A stretch of DNA of 64,000 nt from an uncultured Opitutia bacterium (GTDB taxonomy: Bacteria; Verrucomicrobiota; Verrucomicrobiia; Opitutales; Opitutaceae): the NCBI GenBank assembly GCA_903834135.1, contig CAILHZ010000011.1, positions 22,061 to 86,060 on the forward strand, given 5' to 3'. A program made the translations under genes and the position numbers. The notes beneath the pieces were generated by a model. It worked only from the letters and a program-made list of their open reading frames with translations, was not told the DNA's origin and did no database searches. Below are positions 40,127 to 48,910 of this stretch, one piece after another. The stretch's first letter is position 1; every line of letters starts with the position of its first letter.

Positions 40127-41228
40127 AATATTTTTAATCTTATTAGCACTTACGGTTATCCACATCAACTGCGGAGCTAGATCAGTGGAGCAAGATGAGG
40201 ACTGGGCACTCCCACAAGAAAACCACAGCTTTAATTTCCCTAAAGACAATGGCTCACATCCAAAATTTAAAATAGAATGGTGGTATATCACTGGACACCT
40301 ACAAGATGATAAGAGTAACCCTTTCGGATTTCAGGCTACTTTTTTTAGAGTCGCAGGCCCGCTTGGCGTGAGTGAATCAAATCAAGCTTTTGGTCATACC
40401 CAAATATTCTTAGCCCATATGGCGCTCACAGATATCAAGGGATCTACCTTTATAAACGAAGAAAGATTAAATCGTAATGGATGGGACGCGTATTCTTCTG
40501 AAGAATTTTTGAATATCAAAAATGGGAACTGGTCACTTATACAACCTGAATTAGAGCGCTCGTCATTTAATCTCACGGGATCAATACATGCAGATGCTTC
40601 GTTTAAACTAAGCCTTAATTCACTTAAACCAGTCGTCATATTCGGTAAAAATAGTGTATCAAAAAAAGGTTCTTCAGAAAGAGCTGCAAGTTACTACCTC
40701 ACCTATTCGAAATTAGCCGCCGTAGGCACTCTAGATTACAAAGGTAAACACTTATCTGTCTCAGGTCAGGCTTGGATGGATCATGAAATAAGCTCAAGTC
40801 AACTCAGTGAGGACTTAGTTGGCTGGGACTGGACCTGTATCCAGTGTGATGATTCCGAGTATGAATTAATGCTTTATAGACTTAGGCGTAGCGACGGCAA
40901 AAGCGATCCTCACTCGCAACTGCAATGGGTTAATAAAGAAGGAAAACCAATCACTGAACCTTTTAAGTGGACCGTGTTAAGTGAGTGGCATAGCACTCAA
41001 AGTAATACGACCTATCCGGCATGCATCAGTTTAGAGACTATAAACCCTAAAACAAATCTTTGGGTAAAATTTATTCTCACTCCAGCTTTAGCCGAACAAG
41101 AACTGATTACTCATTTAGGAGGAAATACCTACTGGGAAGGCTCATGTAGTGTTTTAAATGATGCCAATCAAAAAATCGGTGAAGCTTATCTTGAGCTCAC
41201 AGGTTACACGAGTCCCATGAAACTATAA
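40116..41228 (+). CDS. Secreted CrtC/AttH-like (carotenoid 1,2-hydratase fold, lipocalin-like) protein
   Basis: Signal peptide, then FPKDNGSHPKFKIEWWYITGHL...FGFQATFFR and GQAWMDHE, which I recognise as the AttH/CrtC family N-terminal pattern. Its start overlaps the permease stop by 11 nt. Confidence 0.7.
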   Translation: MKYKIFLILLALTVIHINCGARSVEQDEDWALPQENHSFNFPKDNGSHPKFKIEWWYITGHLQDDKSNPFGFQATFFRVAGPLGVSESNQAFGHTQIFLAHMALTDIKGSTFINEERLNRNGWDAYSSEEFLNIKNGNWSLIQPELERSSFNLTGSIHADASFKLSLNSLKPVVIFGKNSVSKKGSSERAASYYLTYSKLAAVGTLDYKGKHLSVSGQAWMDHEISSSQLSEDLVGWDWTCIQCDDSEYELMLYRLRRSDGKSDPHSQLQWVNKEGKPITEPFKWTVLSEWHSTQSNTTYPACISLETINPKTNLWVKFILTPALAEQELITHLGGNTYWEGSCSVLNDANQKIGEAYLELTGYTSPMKL

Positions 41229-41477
41229 GATTCGTAAGTAGTTATATCCCAGAAGAATTAATTGTGTCAGATTTACACGCATTTGGCATCGATAAGTAAA
41301 TTTAATGCAAAGAAAAAAATGAGTCTTTAAATATGTACTTACGTAACCTTGATATATTCTTGAAGCCCTTCATTAGCAAAATTTCAGCCAGCAGGTAATT
41401 CTCCTACTTCTGAACAGTCAGGTATAAAATCAATTAATCATCATTGCTATGCCGAAAAATATGCGCATAGTGAACTT

Positions 41478-42386
41478 ATGCAAATGCAGGAGTCGTCAAT
41501 TTCTGCACAGAGAAGCCGTTTTTTAGTTTCCCAACTAAAACGCTCACAAATCTACAAAGATTACGAACAAGCGTTTCGTGAAACTACCGGTATGCCCTTG
41601 GCGCTTCGTGCCACAGAAGCCTTCGATTTGCCTCACCATGATGATCCTAAGCAAAACCCGTTCTGCGCAATCATGGCAAATTCTAACCAATCCTGCGCTG
41701 CTTGCTTACAACTTCAGAAAAAAGTAGAATTAGAAGCACGCTTAGAGCCAAAAACACTCAAATGTTTTGCTGGTTTATGCGACTCTGCAGTACCTGTTCG
41801 CGTAGGGGATAACTTAATTGCTTTCTTACAAACTGGCCAAGTCTTACTTCATAATCCGACGAAAACAGATTTTGCCACTGCGACTAAACAGATCCTTAAA
41901 TGGGGAACCCAAGTAGATCTAAAGCGCTTAGAAGAAGCCTATTTTAATTCCCGTGTACTAAACAAAAAACAACATGATTCCATTATTCGCTTGGTCACTG
42001 TATTTGCCCAGCATTTATCGACAGTAAGTAACCAACTGTTAGTGCAAGAATCGACTATAGAGTCCCCTCAAGTTGCCAAGGCGCGACTCTTCATTACTGA
42101 GCACCAAAGTGAAGATCTCTCCTTAGCTCAAGTTGCCAAGGCAGTGAATGTAAGCGCCTTTTATTTCTGCAAAACATTCAAGAAATCAACGGGAATGACA
42201 TTTACTGATTATTTAGCCCGAGTGCGTGTCGAGAAAGTTAAAAATCTACTTCTAAATCCTCATAAACGAATCAGCGAGGCAGCCTATGAATCTGGCTTTC
42301 AGTCTTTATCCCAATTTAATCGCGTATTTCGGCGCGTTGCTGGAGAACCACCTACCACATATAGGGAAAAACTACATAGCGCTTAA
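41478..42386 (+). CDS. AraC-family transcriptional regulator with N-terminal PocR-like sensor domain
   Basis: N-terminal Cys pattern FCAIM...CAACLQ...KCFAGLCDSAVPVRVGDNLIAFLQTGQV (PocR-like). C-terminal double HTH (LSLAQVAKAVNVSAFYFCKTFKK...ISEAAYESGFQSLSQFNRVFRR). Confidence 0.8.
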   Translation: MQMQESSISAQRSRFLVSQLKRSQIYKDYEQAFRETTGMPLALRATEAFDLPHHDDPKQNPFCAIMANSNQSCAACLQLQKKVELEARLEPKTLKCFAGLCDSAVPVRVGDNLIAFLQTGQVLLHNPTKTDFATATKQILKWGTQVDLKRLEEAYFNSRVLNKKQHDSIIRLVTVFAQHLSTVSNQLLVQESTIESPQVAKARLFITEHQSEDLSLAQVAKAVNVSAFYFCKTFKKSTGMTFTDYLARVRVEKVKNLLLNPHKRISEAAYESGFQSLSQFNRVFRRVAGEPPTTYREKLHSA

Positions 42387-42411
42387 ATTGATCTAAGTAC
42401 GTTAAATCATA

Positions 42412-43101
42412 TCAGGCTTTAAGTGTTTCACTGCCTGGGACACGTCCTGTATCAACACGGTACTGGCATAAAGAACAAAAAGCCTCTATCTCACGCAAAG
42501 CAGCAGCACGGATAACCCCATAAAGATCCTGTACGGAAGAATCTCTAACATCCGGGTCTAGAGGTCCATTACTGGCTTGAATGAGCACCAGTGCCTCAAG
42601 AAGGGCCTGCTCGCCAGCTGTAAAATATGCTAAGTAAGGATTCCTTCCGCAAATACACTTTGCTCGAACCACAGAAAAATCAGCGGTATGCACAGTACGT
42701 TTAAGTACTGAGGGCTTCAAAAGAGCGTCTATAAGAGCATCAAAGGTGTCATCGATTAAATAAACTAACGTATCTGGATTTGCTAATGGGCTATTAGCTC
42801 TCTCAGTACGCAGCAAATCCTCCCATCTCAAACGTACTTCCTTGCGACGCGCTTCAAGGGCTCGCACACATTCAGTTAACATCCTTTGAATATAACCATT
42901 TGTCTCAGCTAGTTCTCCGCGAGCTTTGCCAAACCGTACGCATGAATTGTCATTGTATAAAATGACTATAGCAAAATATGCATAGTGCCTGCCAATGGTC
43001 GCGGAGCCGATTTCATTTAAAGTGTATATCTTGTGGGAAGAAAATACGCGTATGAAATTATCCCCACTTGCTCGCAGTAAACACGTAAATAACGAGATCA
43101 C
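42412..43101 (-). CDS. Hypothetical Cys-containing protein (possible RsbRD-N-like domain); start uncertain (43101 or the ATG at 42882)
   Basis: The conserved-looking part begins at MLTECVRALEARRKEVRLRWEDLLRTERANSPLANPDTLVYLIDDTFDALIDALL. It carries the Cys motifs CICGRNP and FCSLCQ. Divergent from the cbb3 cluster. Confidence 0.45.
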   Translation of the reverse strand: MISLFTCLLRASGDNFIRVFSSHKIYTLNEIGSATIGRHYAYFAIVILYNDNSCVRFGKARGELAETNGYIQRMLTECVRALEARRKEVRLRWEDLLRTERANSPLANPDTLVYLIDDTFDALIDALLKPSVLKRTVHTADFSVVRAKCICGRNPYLAYFTAGEQALLEALVLIQASNGPLDPDVRDSSVQDLYGVIRAAALREIEAFCSLCQYRVDTGRVPGSETLKA

Positions 43102-43283
43102 TTATGTGGCCTGTCATTTATGGCTCCACTATCATGGTGCACACAAGTCACCACAAAGCTATTTCAAAACTGCCCGTCATTTACTGGGCTATGATCATCT
43201 AGGAAGTTTGTCAAAAAAGAGTTTATTAGGTCGGTCATAACCAGATCCCTTACACTTAAATTTCCCTTTTAATATTCATCACC

Positions 43284-43454
43284 ATGGCTGTTATTCCACT
43301 AACCCTAACTGTTAGTTTATGCCTTGTATTTACTTTTATTGTTTTTTTCTTACGAGAATACACCCGAGATAGAATAAGCAATGCAGAGCGTGACTCACTT
43401 ATGCCGCTTGCAGAGGAAGGCAGACGTCTAAGCGGTACAATAAAAGTCAAGTAA
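43284..43454 (+). CDS. Small single-TM protein, CcoS/FixS-like (not in the ORF track, 56 aa)
   Basis: My hand translation is MAVIPLTLTVSLCLVFTFIVFFLREYTRDRISNAERDSLMPLAEEGRRLSGTIKVK, with its stop at 43452-43454. It lies 50 nt upstream of ccoNO on the same strand. The layout is one TM followed by a charged tail, as in CcoS. Confidence 0.45.
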   Translation: MAVIPLTLTVSLCLVFTFIVFFLREYTRDRISNAERDSLMPLAEEGRRLSGTIKVK

Positions 43455-43504
43455 TCATACCCGCACTCCACATTAAGCTTTAGCAATTATTATACCCACT
43501 TCGC

Positions 43505-45829
43505 ATGTCTAATAAAAAAATAACGATTGAATTTAATGATCAAATCGTACGCCAATTTTTAATCGCCTCCGTTGTTTGGGGCGCAGTTGGAATGCTTGTT
43601 GGCGTACTGATCGCTGCACAACTTAATTACTGGCAGCTCAATTTTGGAACTTCGTGGCTTACCTGGTCACATTTACGTCCTCTGCATACTAATGCTGTAA
43701 TATTTGCCCTTGTTGGTAATATGATGTTTGCTGGTATTTACTATTCGCTACAGCGATTAGTAAAAGCCCGGTTAGCTAGTAATTTTCTGTCACAACTGCA
43801 TTTCTGGGGCTGGCAGCTGATTATTGTTTCCGCTGCAGCATCCCTGCCCTTTGGTTTTACACGTGGCAAAGAATACGCCGAACTTATTTGGCCAATCAAT
43901 ATTGCTGTTGTATTAATATGGGTTGTTTTCTCAGTTAATTTCTTTTGGACAATTAAAAAAAGACGCGAACCAAGTCTGTATGTCGCTATCTGGTTCTACA
44001 TAGCAACAATCGTAACTGTTGCTATCCTTTATATCGTTAATCACTTATCGATACCTACTAGTATCACACATAGCTATCCTCTGTTTGGTGGAGTTCAAGA
44101 TGCTTTAGTGCAGTGGTGGTATGGGCATAACGCAGTAGCCTTCTTTTTAACGACTCCAATTTTAGGCATCATGTATTACTTTGTTCCTAAAGCAGCAGAA
44201 AGACCTGTATACTCGTACAAGCTTTCAGTCGTTCACTTTTGGTCGCTCGTATTTTTATATATTTGGGCGGGTCCTCACCACTTACTTAATACCGCGCTTC
44301 CTTCTTGGCTTCAGACACTAGGAACAACGTTCTCACTGATGCTTTGGGCTCCCTCCTGGGGTGGTATGCTAAACGGACTGCTTACCTTAAGAGGCGCGTG
44401 GCATAAATTAAGAACAGATCCTGTACTCAAATTCTTTGCAGCAGCAGTAACCTTTTACGGCATGGCAACGTTTGAAGGTCCGCTACTTGCCATAAGATCA
44501 GTAAATGCCTTAGCCCATTATACGGATTGGATTATAGGTCACGTACATGTGGGAACCCTTGGTTGGAATGGTTTCATGGCAGCAGGCATGACGTATTGGT
44601 TAATTCCAAAACTATGGGATAAGCCTCTGTATTCAAAATCACTCGCAAATCTACATTTTTGGACAGGGCTTGTGGGTATTTTACTCTATGTTGCAGCAAT
44701 GTGGACAAGTGGTATCACGCAAGGGCTTATGCTAAATGCAACCAGTGATAATGGCACGGTGCTAGCCTATCCTAATTTTTTGGACACACTTAATACCATA
44801 CGTCCACTCATGCTTATGCGTGTGATCGGTGGCGGTCTATATTTAGTAGGTTGGTTCATGATGGGCTACAACTTTTGGAAAACTGTTAAAGGTGCAAATC
44901 AAGTTAATGGGACAATTGAAGTATTTGAAGAAGCAACCCTTGAGGATAGCTCTACATATAAAAGCCCTATTGCACTAATCTTCAGTACTCCGGTTTTATT
45001 CTCGGTTATTGGTAGCTTGTTTGCCTGTGTTTGGATGTTTGGAAAAGATTTCTTAAGTATCGTTGGCTTAATTGGCTTAGTCTTAATTGTAGTACTAGCT
45101 TTTGCACACTTTGAATCGAAAGGAAAAAAATGGGAGGACTGGTACAATAAACTTTTAGTCACTTCACTGCCTTTCACTGTACTTACAGTATTAGCTGTCA
45201 TTGCAGGTGGACTGATTCAAATTATCCCTACAGTTGTTATGCACAATGCCCAGAGTGCTGAAGACAGAAAGCAAACACCCTACACTCCTCTTGAACTACA
45301 AGGTAGAGATATATACGTGCGGGAAGGCTGCTACCTGTGTCACTCCCAGATGATTCGAACTTTAGTGCCAGATGTTTTACGCTATGGAGACTATTCCCGC
45401 TTAGGTGAATCGATTTATGATCATCCGTATCAATGGGGATCTAAACGTAACGGACCTGATTTAGCACGTGTTGGTGGAAAATATCCTAACATATGGCATT
45501 TACGTCACATGGAAGATCCTCGTGCAACCTCTGCCGGATCAAATATGCCAACGTTTAAGTGGCTACTTGAAAATGAACTCAATAATTCAACACTTAATCG
45601 CAAAATTGAAGTGCAACGAACCTTAGGAGTTCCCTATCCAAATTGGACTGCTGAAGAAATTAAGAAGCTTGTTCAGACGCAAGCTAATGGCATCGCTTCT
45701 GACCTAAATGCAGCGGGTGGTATTATCCAGAGTGATCGTGAAATTATTGCACTAATCGCCTACCTACAACAACTCGGTAAAGCTAAAATCACGTTCACTC
45801 AATCCCTAGCGCCTCAAATAAATCCTTAA
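43505..45829 (+). CDS. ccoNO: cbb3-type cytochrome c oxidase, fused subunits I and II (CcoN-CcoO)
   Basis: The N-terminal ~480 aa form a haem-copper oxidase subunit I with 12+ TM segments (WYGHNAV, HHLLNT, GHVHVGTLGW). A TM linker follows. The C-terminal part is a monohaem CcoO domain (GRDIYVREGCYLCHSQMIR). Confidence 0.92.
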   Translation: MSNKKITIEFNDQIVRQFLIASVVWGAVGMLVGVLIAAQLNYWQLNFGTSWLTWSHLRPLHTNAVIFALVGNMMFAGIYYSLQRLVKARLASNFLSQLHFWGWQLIIVSAAASLPFGFTRGKEYAELIWPINIAVVLIWVVFSVNFFWTIKKRREPSLYVAIWFYIATIVTVAILYIVNHLSIPTSITHSYPLFGGVQDALVQWWYGHNAVAFFLTTPILGIMYYFVPKAAERPVYSYKLSVVHFWSLVFLYIWAGPHHLLNTALPSWLQTLGTTFSLMLWAPSWGGMLNGLLTLRGAWHKLRTDPVLKFFAAAVTFYGMATFEGPLLAIRSVNALAHYTDWIIGHVHVGTLGWNGFMAAGMTYWLIPKLWDKPLYSKSLANLHFWTGLVGILLYVAAMWTSGITQGLMLNATSDNGTVLAYPNFLDTLNTIRPLMLMRVIGGGLYLVGWFMMGYNFWKTVKGANQVNGTIEVFEEATLEDSSTYKSPIALIFSTPVLFSVIGSLFACVWMFGKDFLSIVGLIGLVLIVVLAFAHFESKGKKWEDWYNKLLVTSLPFTVLTVLAVIAGGLIQIIPTVVMHNAQSAEDRKQTPYTPLELQGRDIYVREGCYLCHSQMIRTLVPDVLRYGDYSRLGESIYDHPYQWGSKRNGPDLARVGGKYPNIWHLRHMEDPRATSAGSNMPTFKWLLENELNNSTLNRKIEVQRTLGVPYPNWTAEEIKKLVQTQANGIASDLNAAGGIIQSDREIIALIAYLQQLGKAKITFTQSLAPQINP

Positions 45830-45839
45830 TCAATCTCAT

Positions 45840-46031
45840 ATGTTTAAGCATCTTTTGATCTATGATAGTACAACATTAGCAACTGTCATCGCTTTTATCA
45901 CTGCGAGTTCAATTTTTTGTACGATAAGCTACAGAGCAATACGTATGAAAAAATCCGAAATCGAAAAGTTTGAAAACCTACCTTTTGAAACTGATAGAAA
46001 TCCTGTAAGTCATGACACCCACACCTCCTAA
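45840..46031 (+). CDS. ccoQ: CcoQ/FixQ-like small membrane subunit
   Basis: 63 aa with one TM, then KKSEIEKFENLPFETD, resembling the FixQ tail. Located between ccoNO and ccoP. Confidence 0.55.
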   Translation: MFKHLLIYDSTTLATVIAFITASSIFCTISYRAIRMKKSEIEKFENLPFETDRNPVSHDTHTS

Positions 46032-46608
46032 TCCCGAAGAAGATGGCGAAATTAGAGAACACTCCTATGACGGGATACAGGAGTACAATAAACGCCTTCC
46101 CAACTGGTGGCTATTCACACTCTATGGGACAATCGTATTTTGGATCGGCTACTGGTCCTACTTCGAGTGGTTTCACATTGGACTAAACGGCCCTCAAGCA
46201 GTCCAACAAGCCATGGCTCAAATAGAAGTACAAAAATTGGCATCATCTCCTGAAATTAATGATAAAAATTTATGGAAAATGAGTCGCACCCCACAATTTG
46301 TCCTAGCAGGCAAGGCTACCTTTGAAGCAAACTGTGTTGCCTGTCACTTAGTGAGTCTACGCGGTAAAAGTGAAAATCCTTTAGCGATTGGTCCTGACTT
46401 AACCCATACCAAATGGATCCATGGGGGCCATCCCACTGAACTTTATAATACTGTCACAAACGGCGTACTCATTAAAGGTATGCCTACATGGGGCCCTGTC
46501 TTAGGAGCTAAAAAAATTACGGAAGCAGTAGCCTACATCTTAAGTAAGCATACTGAAGGTGAGCCAATCGAAGTAGTTCAAAACCTACCAGAAAGTCAGA
46601 CTAAGTAA
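46012..46608 (+). CDS. ccoP: cbb3 oxidase subunit III (CcoP/FixP-like), monohaem
   Basis: FixP N-terminal pattern HSYDGIQEYNKRLPNWWLFTLYGTIVFWIGYW. Only one CXXCH (CVACH) and a distal Met region (GMPTW). Confidence 0.8.
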   Translation: MTPTPPNPEEDGEIREHSYDGIQEYNKRLPNWWLFTLYGTIVFWIGYWSYFEWFHIGLNGPQAVQQAMAQIEVQKLASSPEINDKNLWKMSRTPQFVLAGKATFEANCVACHLVSLRGKSENPLAIGPDLTHTKWIHGGHPTELYNTVTNGVLIKGMPTWGPVLGAKKITEAVAYILSKHTEGEPIEVVQNLPESQTK

Positions 46609-46628
46609 GTACTTGTAGAGGTAAGTTA

Positions 46629-48056
46629 ATGCAGTCGCAGCATCGTTCTATGCAAACACACCCACATGCAACCGCCCCAACACGAGATTCGGTCACAACT
46701 ATTCTATCAGATGGCTCAAGACCGTTTATGTATCCGAGTGATACACGTGGGACTTTCACTACAGCACGCCGCATTGTGGCATATACTCTAATTGTTTTTT
46801 ATTTAAGTTTACCCTGGATCAAAATTAACGGCTATCCTGCCGTATTCTTAGACATTGCACTGCGTAGATTTCATTTGTTTGGCCTTACCTTTGCAGCACA
46901 AGATATGTGGCTTTTATTTTTTGTAATCACAGGCCTTGGATTTACACTTTTTTTTATTACAGCTCTTTTAGGCCGGGTATGGTGTGGTTGGGCTTGCCCT
47001 CAAACCATTTACCTTGAGCACATTTATAGGCGTATAGAAGTACTCGTTGAAGGCGATTCCTTAAAGCGTAGGGCACTGGATGAAGCACCATGGAATGCAG
47101 AAAAAATAAGTAAACGTGTAATTAAACACGGACTATTTTTCATCACATCATTAATTTTAACCCATTTATTTTTAGCTTATTTTGTCTCAATTCGTGAAGT
47201 CTGGAAGATGATTACTTCAGCTCCAACCGAGCACTGGGGTACTTTTGTTTTTATCATGGCCTACACAGGGCTTACATACTATATCTTCTGCTGGTTTCGT
47301 GAACAAATCTGTATCGTTATTTGTCCCTACGGACGACTTCAGTCAGTGCTAACAGATGATGACACAATTACTATTGGCTATGATTCACTGCGAGGTGAAC
47401 CCCGTGGTAAAGCAGGTGCTCCTGGTGCAGGAGATTGCATTTCATGTAACCGCTGCGTAAGCGTCTGCCCAACAGGCATAGATATAAGGCAGGGCTTACA
47501 ATTAGAATGCGTAGGATGCACCGCCTGCATTGATGCATGCGACAATGTAATGGACCGTTTAAAGCGCTCCCGTGGTCTTATCCGCTATGCTTCACAAAAT
47601 AAATTACTCAGAAAACCTACACGCTTTTTACGACCTCGTGTTATCTTATATGGCTTCTTCTTAGTCATTGGTGCCAGTGTCGCAAGCTGGGCTATATCTA
47701 CACTTAAGCCTGCTAATTTAGGTGTAACCCGCATGGTTGGAGCACCCTACATTATGGATGCCCATACGATACGTAATCAATACTTAGTGCGTATTGTAAA
47801 TAAGCGTAATACTTCTACTCAGTTCTTGGTCCATATCAAGAATGCGCCCGAAGGCTTAGTCCAATCTGGGTTAACTACATCACTTGAAATTCCTGCACTA
47901 TCAGAAGTTGCCGCACCGCTTATTCTACAGCAAACAGACACAACCTACAAAGGAGCTTTTTTGTTCACCGTTGAACTGGAAGATTCAACTCATTCTTTCT
48001 TACTTAAGCGAACAACAGAATTTTTAGGTCCAGATCCTCAGTTTAATCTTAAATAG
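46629..48056 (+). CDS. ccoG: Cytochrome c oxidase accessory protein CcoG (polyferredoxin)
   Basis: Membrane N-terminal part with CGWACPQ. Two 4Fe-4S motifs: CISCNRCVSVCP and CVGCTACIDAC. Confidence 0.9.
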   Translation: MQSQHRSMQTHPHATAPTRDSVTTILSDGSRPFMYPSDTRGTFTTARRIVAYTLIVFYLSLPWIKINGYPAVFLDIALRRFHLFGLTFAAQDMWLLFFVITGLGFTLFFITALLGRVWCGWACPQTIYLEHIYRRIEVLVEGDSLKRRALDEAPWNAEKISKRVIKHGLFFITSLILTHLFLAYFVSIREVWKMITSAPTEHWGTFVFIMAYTGLTYYIFCWFREQICIVICPYGRLQSVLTDDDTITIGYDSLRGEPRGKAGAPGAGDCISCNRCVSVCPTGIDIRQGLQLECVGCTACIDACDNVMDRLKRSRGLIRYASQNKLLRKPTRFLRPRVILYGFFLVIGASVASWAISTLKPANLGVTRMVGAPYIMDAHTIRNQYLVRIVNKRNTSTQFLVHIKNAPEGLVQSGLTTSLEIPALSEVAAPLILQQTDTTYKGAFLFTVELEDSTHSFLLKRTTEFLGPDPQFNLK

Positions 48057-48071
48057 TGCCAATTACACCTC

Positions 48072-48212
48072 ATGCCAGTTGAGAAAAAAAGTAAAATTTG
48101 GCTTTTTTTTGTAGCCGCAACCTTGCTGCAATTCGCGGCATGGACAACTTGGTTTATTATTGCTGCACACCATCCCGTAGCTGATGTGAAAGAAGTCATT
48201 CTCCCTCACTAA
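48072..48212 (+). CDS. Small single-TM ORF (46 aa, not in the ORF track), possibly a minimal FixH-like component
   Basis: My hand translation is MPVEKKSKIWLFFVAATLLQFAAWTTWFIIAAHHPVADVKEVILPH. It fills the gap between the ccoG stop (48056) and the next ATG (48215). Confidence 0.35.
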   Translation: MPVEKKSKIWLFFVAATLLQFAAWTTWFIIAAHHPVADVKEVILPH

Positions 48213-48214
48213 TA

Positions 48215-48910
48215 ATGGAATTAGCATCAATAAATTCACCAAGTGCTGCGTTTATTGCAGGTCTAGTCACAAGCCTTCACTGTGCAGGTATGTGTGGACC
48301 CTTGGCCTGTACACTTATGCCAGGTAAAGGTAAAGCCGGTGATCCTGAAACAATTGCAACCATCTACCATACCTCGCGGCTTACTTCGTATGCTCTTTTG
48401 GGTGCATTAGCGGGTGGCTTATGCATGCTCCCTTTAGCCTGGATATCGCGCTCCTACGCACAGTGGCTACCGTGGCTCTTGGTTCTTTTTTTTATCGCAC
48501 TAGCCTTGCGCTTAGATCGTAAATTGCCTCGTCCCGCTTTTTTAAATCGATTTACCTTAACTGTGCATACCTGGCTACGGGGCAAAACGCTAGTACAAGC
48601 AGCTGCAATTCTTGGCTTTTGCACTCCTCTACTACCCTGCGGTCCATTATATTTTCTTTTAGCCCTGGCACTGCTTTCTGGTTCAGCGCTTCATGGAATA
48701 GAATTTATGCTAGCTTTCGGTCTTGGAACTGTCCCCTTACTTTGGATTGCACAGTTTCAATTCAACCGTATTCGCCAATATCTATCTCCGCTGTGGTTTA
48801 ATAGAGCTCGTATCTTTCTAGCACTCAGTACAGCACTTATTATTAGTTGGCGCCTACGCGGCACCCTTGGATTTCTAGGACCCTCAGCAAGTAATCTCAT
48901 TTGTTTTTAA
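48215..48910 (+). CDS. TauE/SafE- or DsbD_2-like membrane protein of the cbb3 maturation cluster
   Basis: 6 TM segments. N-terminal Cys motif SLHCAGMCGPLAC. Its stop abuts the ccoI ATG. Confidence 0.65.
   Translation: MELASINSPSAAFIAGLVTSLHCAGMCGPLACTLMPGKGKAGDPETIATIYHTSRLTSYALLGALAGGLCMLPLAWISRSYAQWLPWLLVLFFIALALRLDRKLPRPAFLNRFTLTVHTWLRGKTLVQAAAILGFCTPLLPCGPLYFLLALALLSGSALHGIEFMLAFGLGTVPLLWIAQFQFNRIRQYLSPLWFNRARIFLALSTALIISWRLRGTLGFLGPSASNLICF

Noticed and set aside
41232-41342. 8-bp inverted repeat CGTAAGTA / TACTTACG about 95 bp apart, upstream of the PocR-AraC gene
   Set aside because: An 8-mer match at that distance in a 250-bp AT-rich spacer is expected by chance at appreciable frequency.
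42995-43240. 81-aa plus-strand ORF in the spacer before the cbb3 cluster
   Set aside because: No recognisable motif. It overlaps the possible 5' end of the minus-strand Cys-motif gene and a likely promoter region.
43256-43486. 76-aa minus-strand ORF upstream of ccoNO
   Set aside because: It is the antisense shadow of the plus-strand 56-aa TM ORF, which fits the operon context. The minus-strand product has no features.
43102-43504. FNR/CRP-type box (TTGAT-N4-ATCAA) upstream of the cbb3 genes
   Set aside because: Not found on visual scan. This absence is weak evidence, because a degenerate site could be missed without a matrix search.
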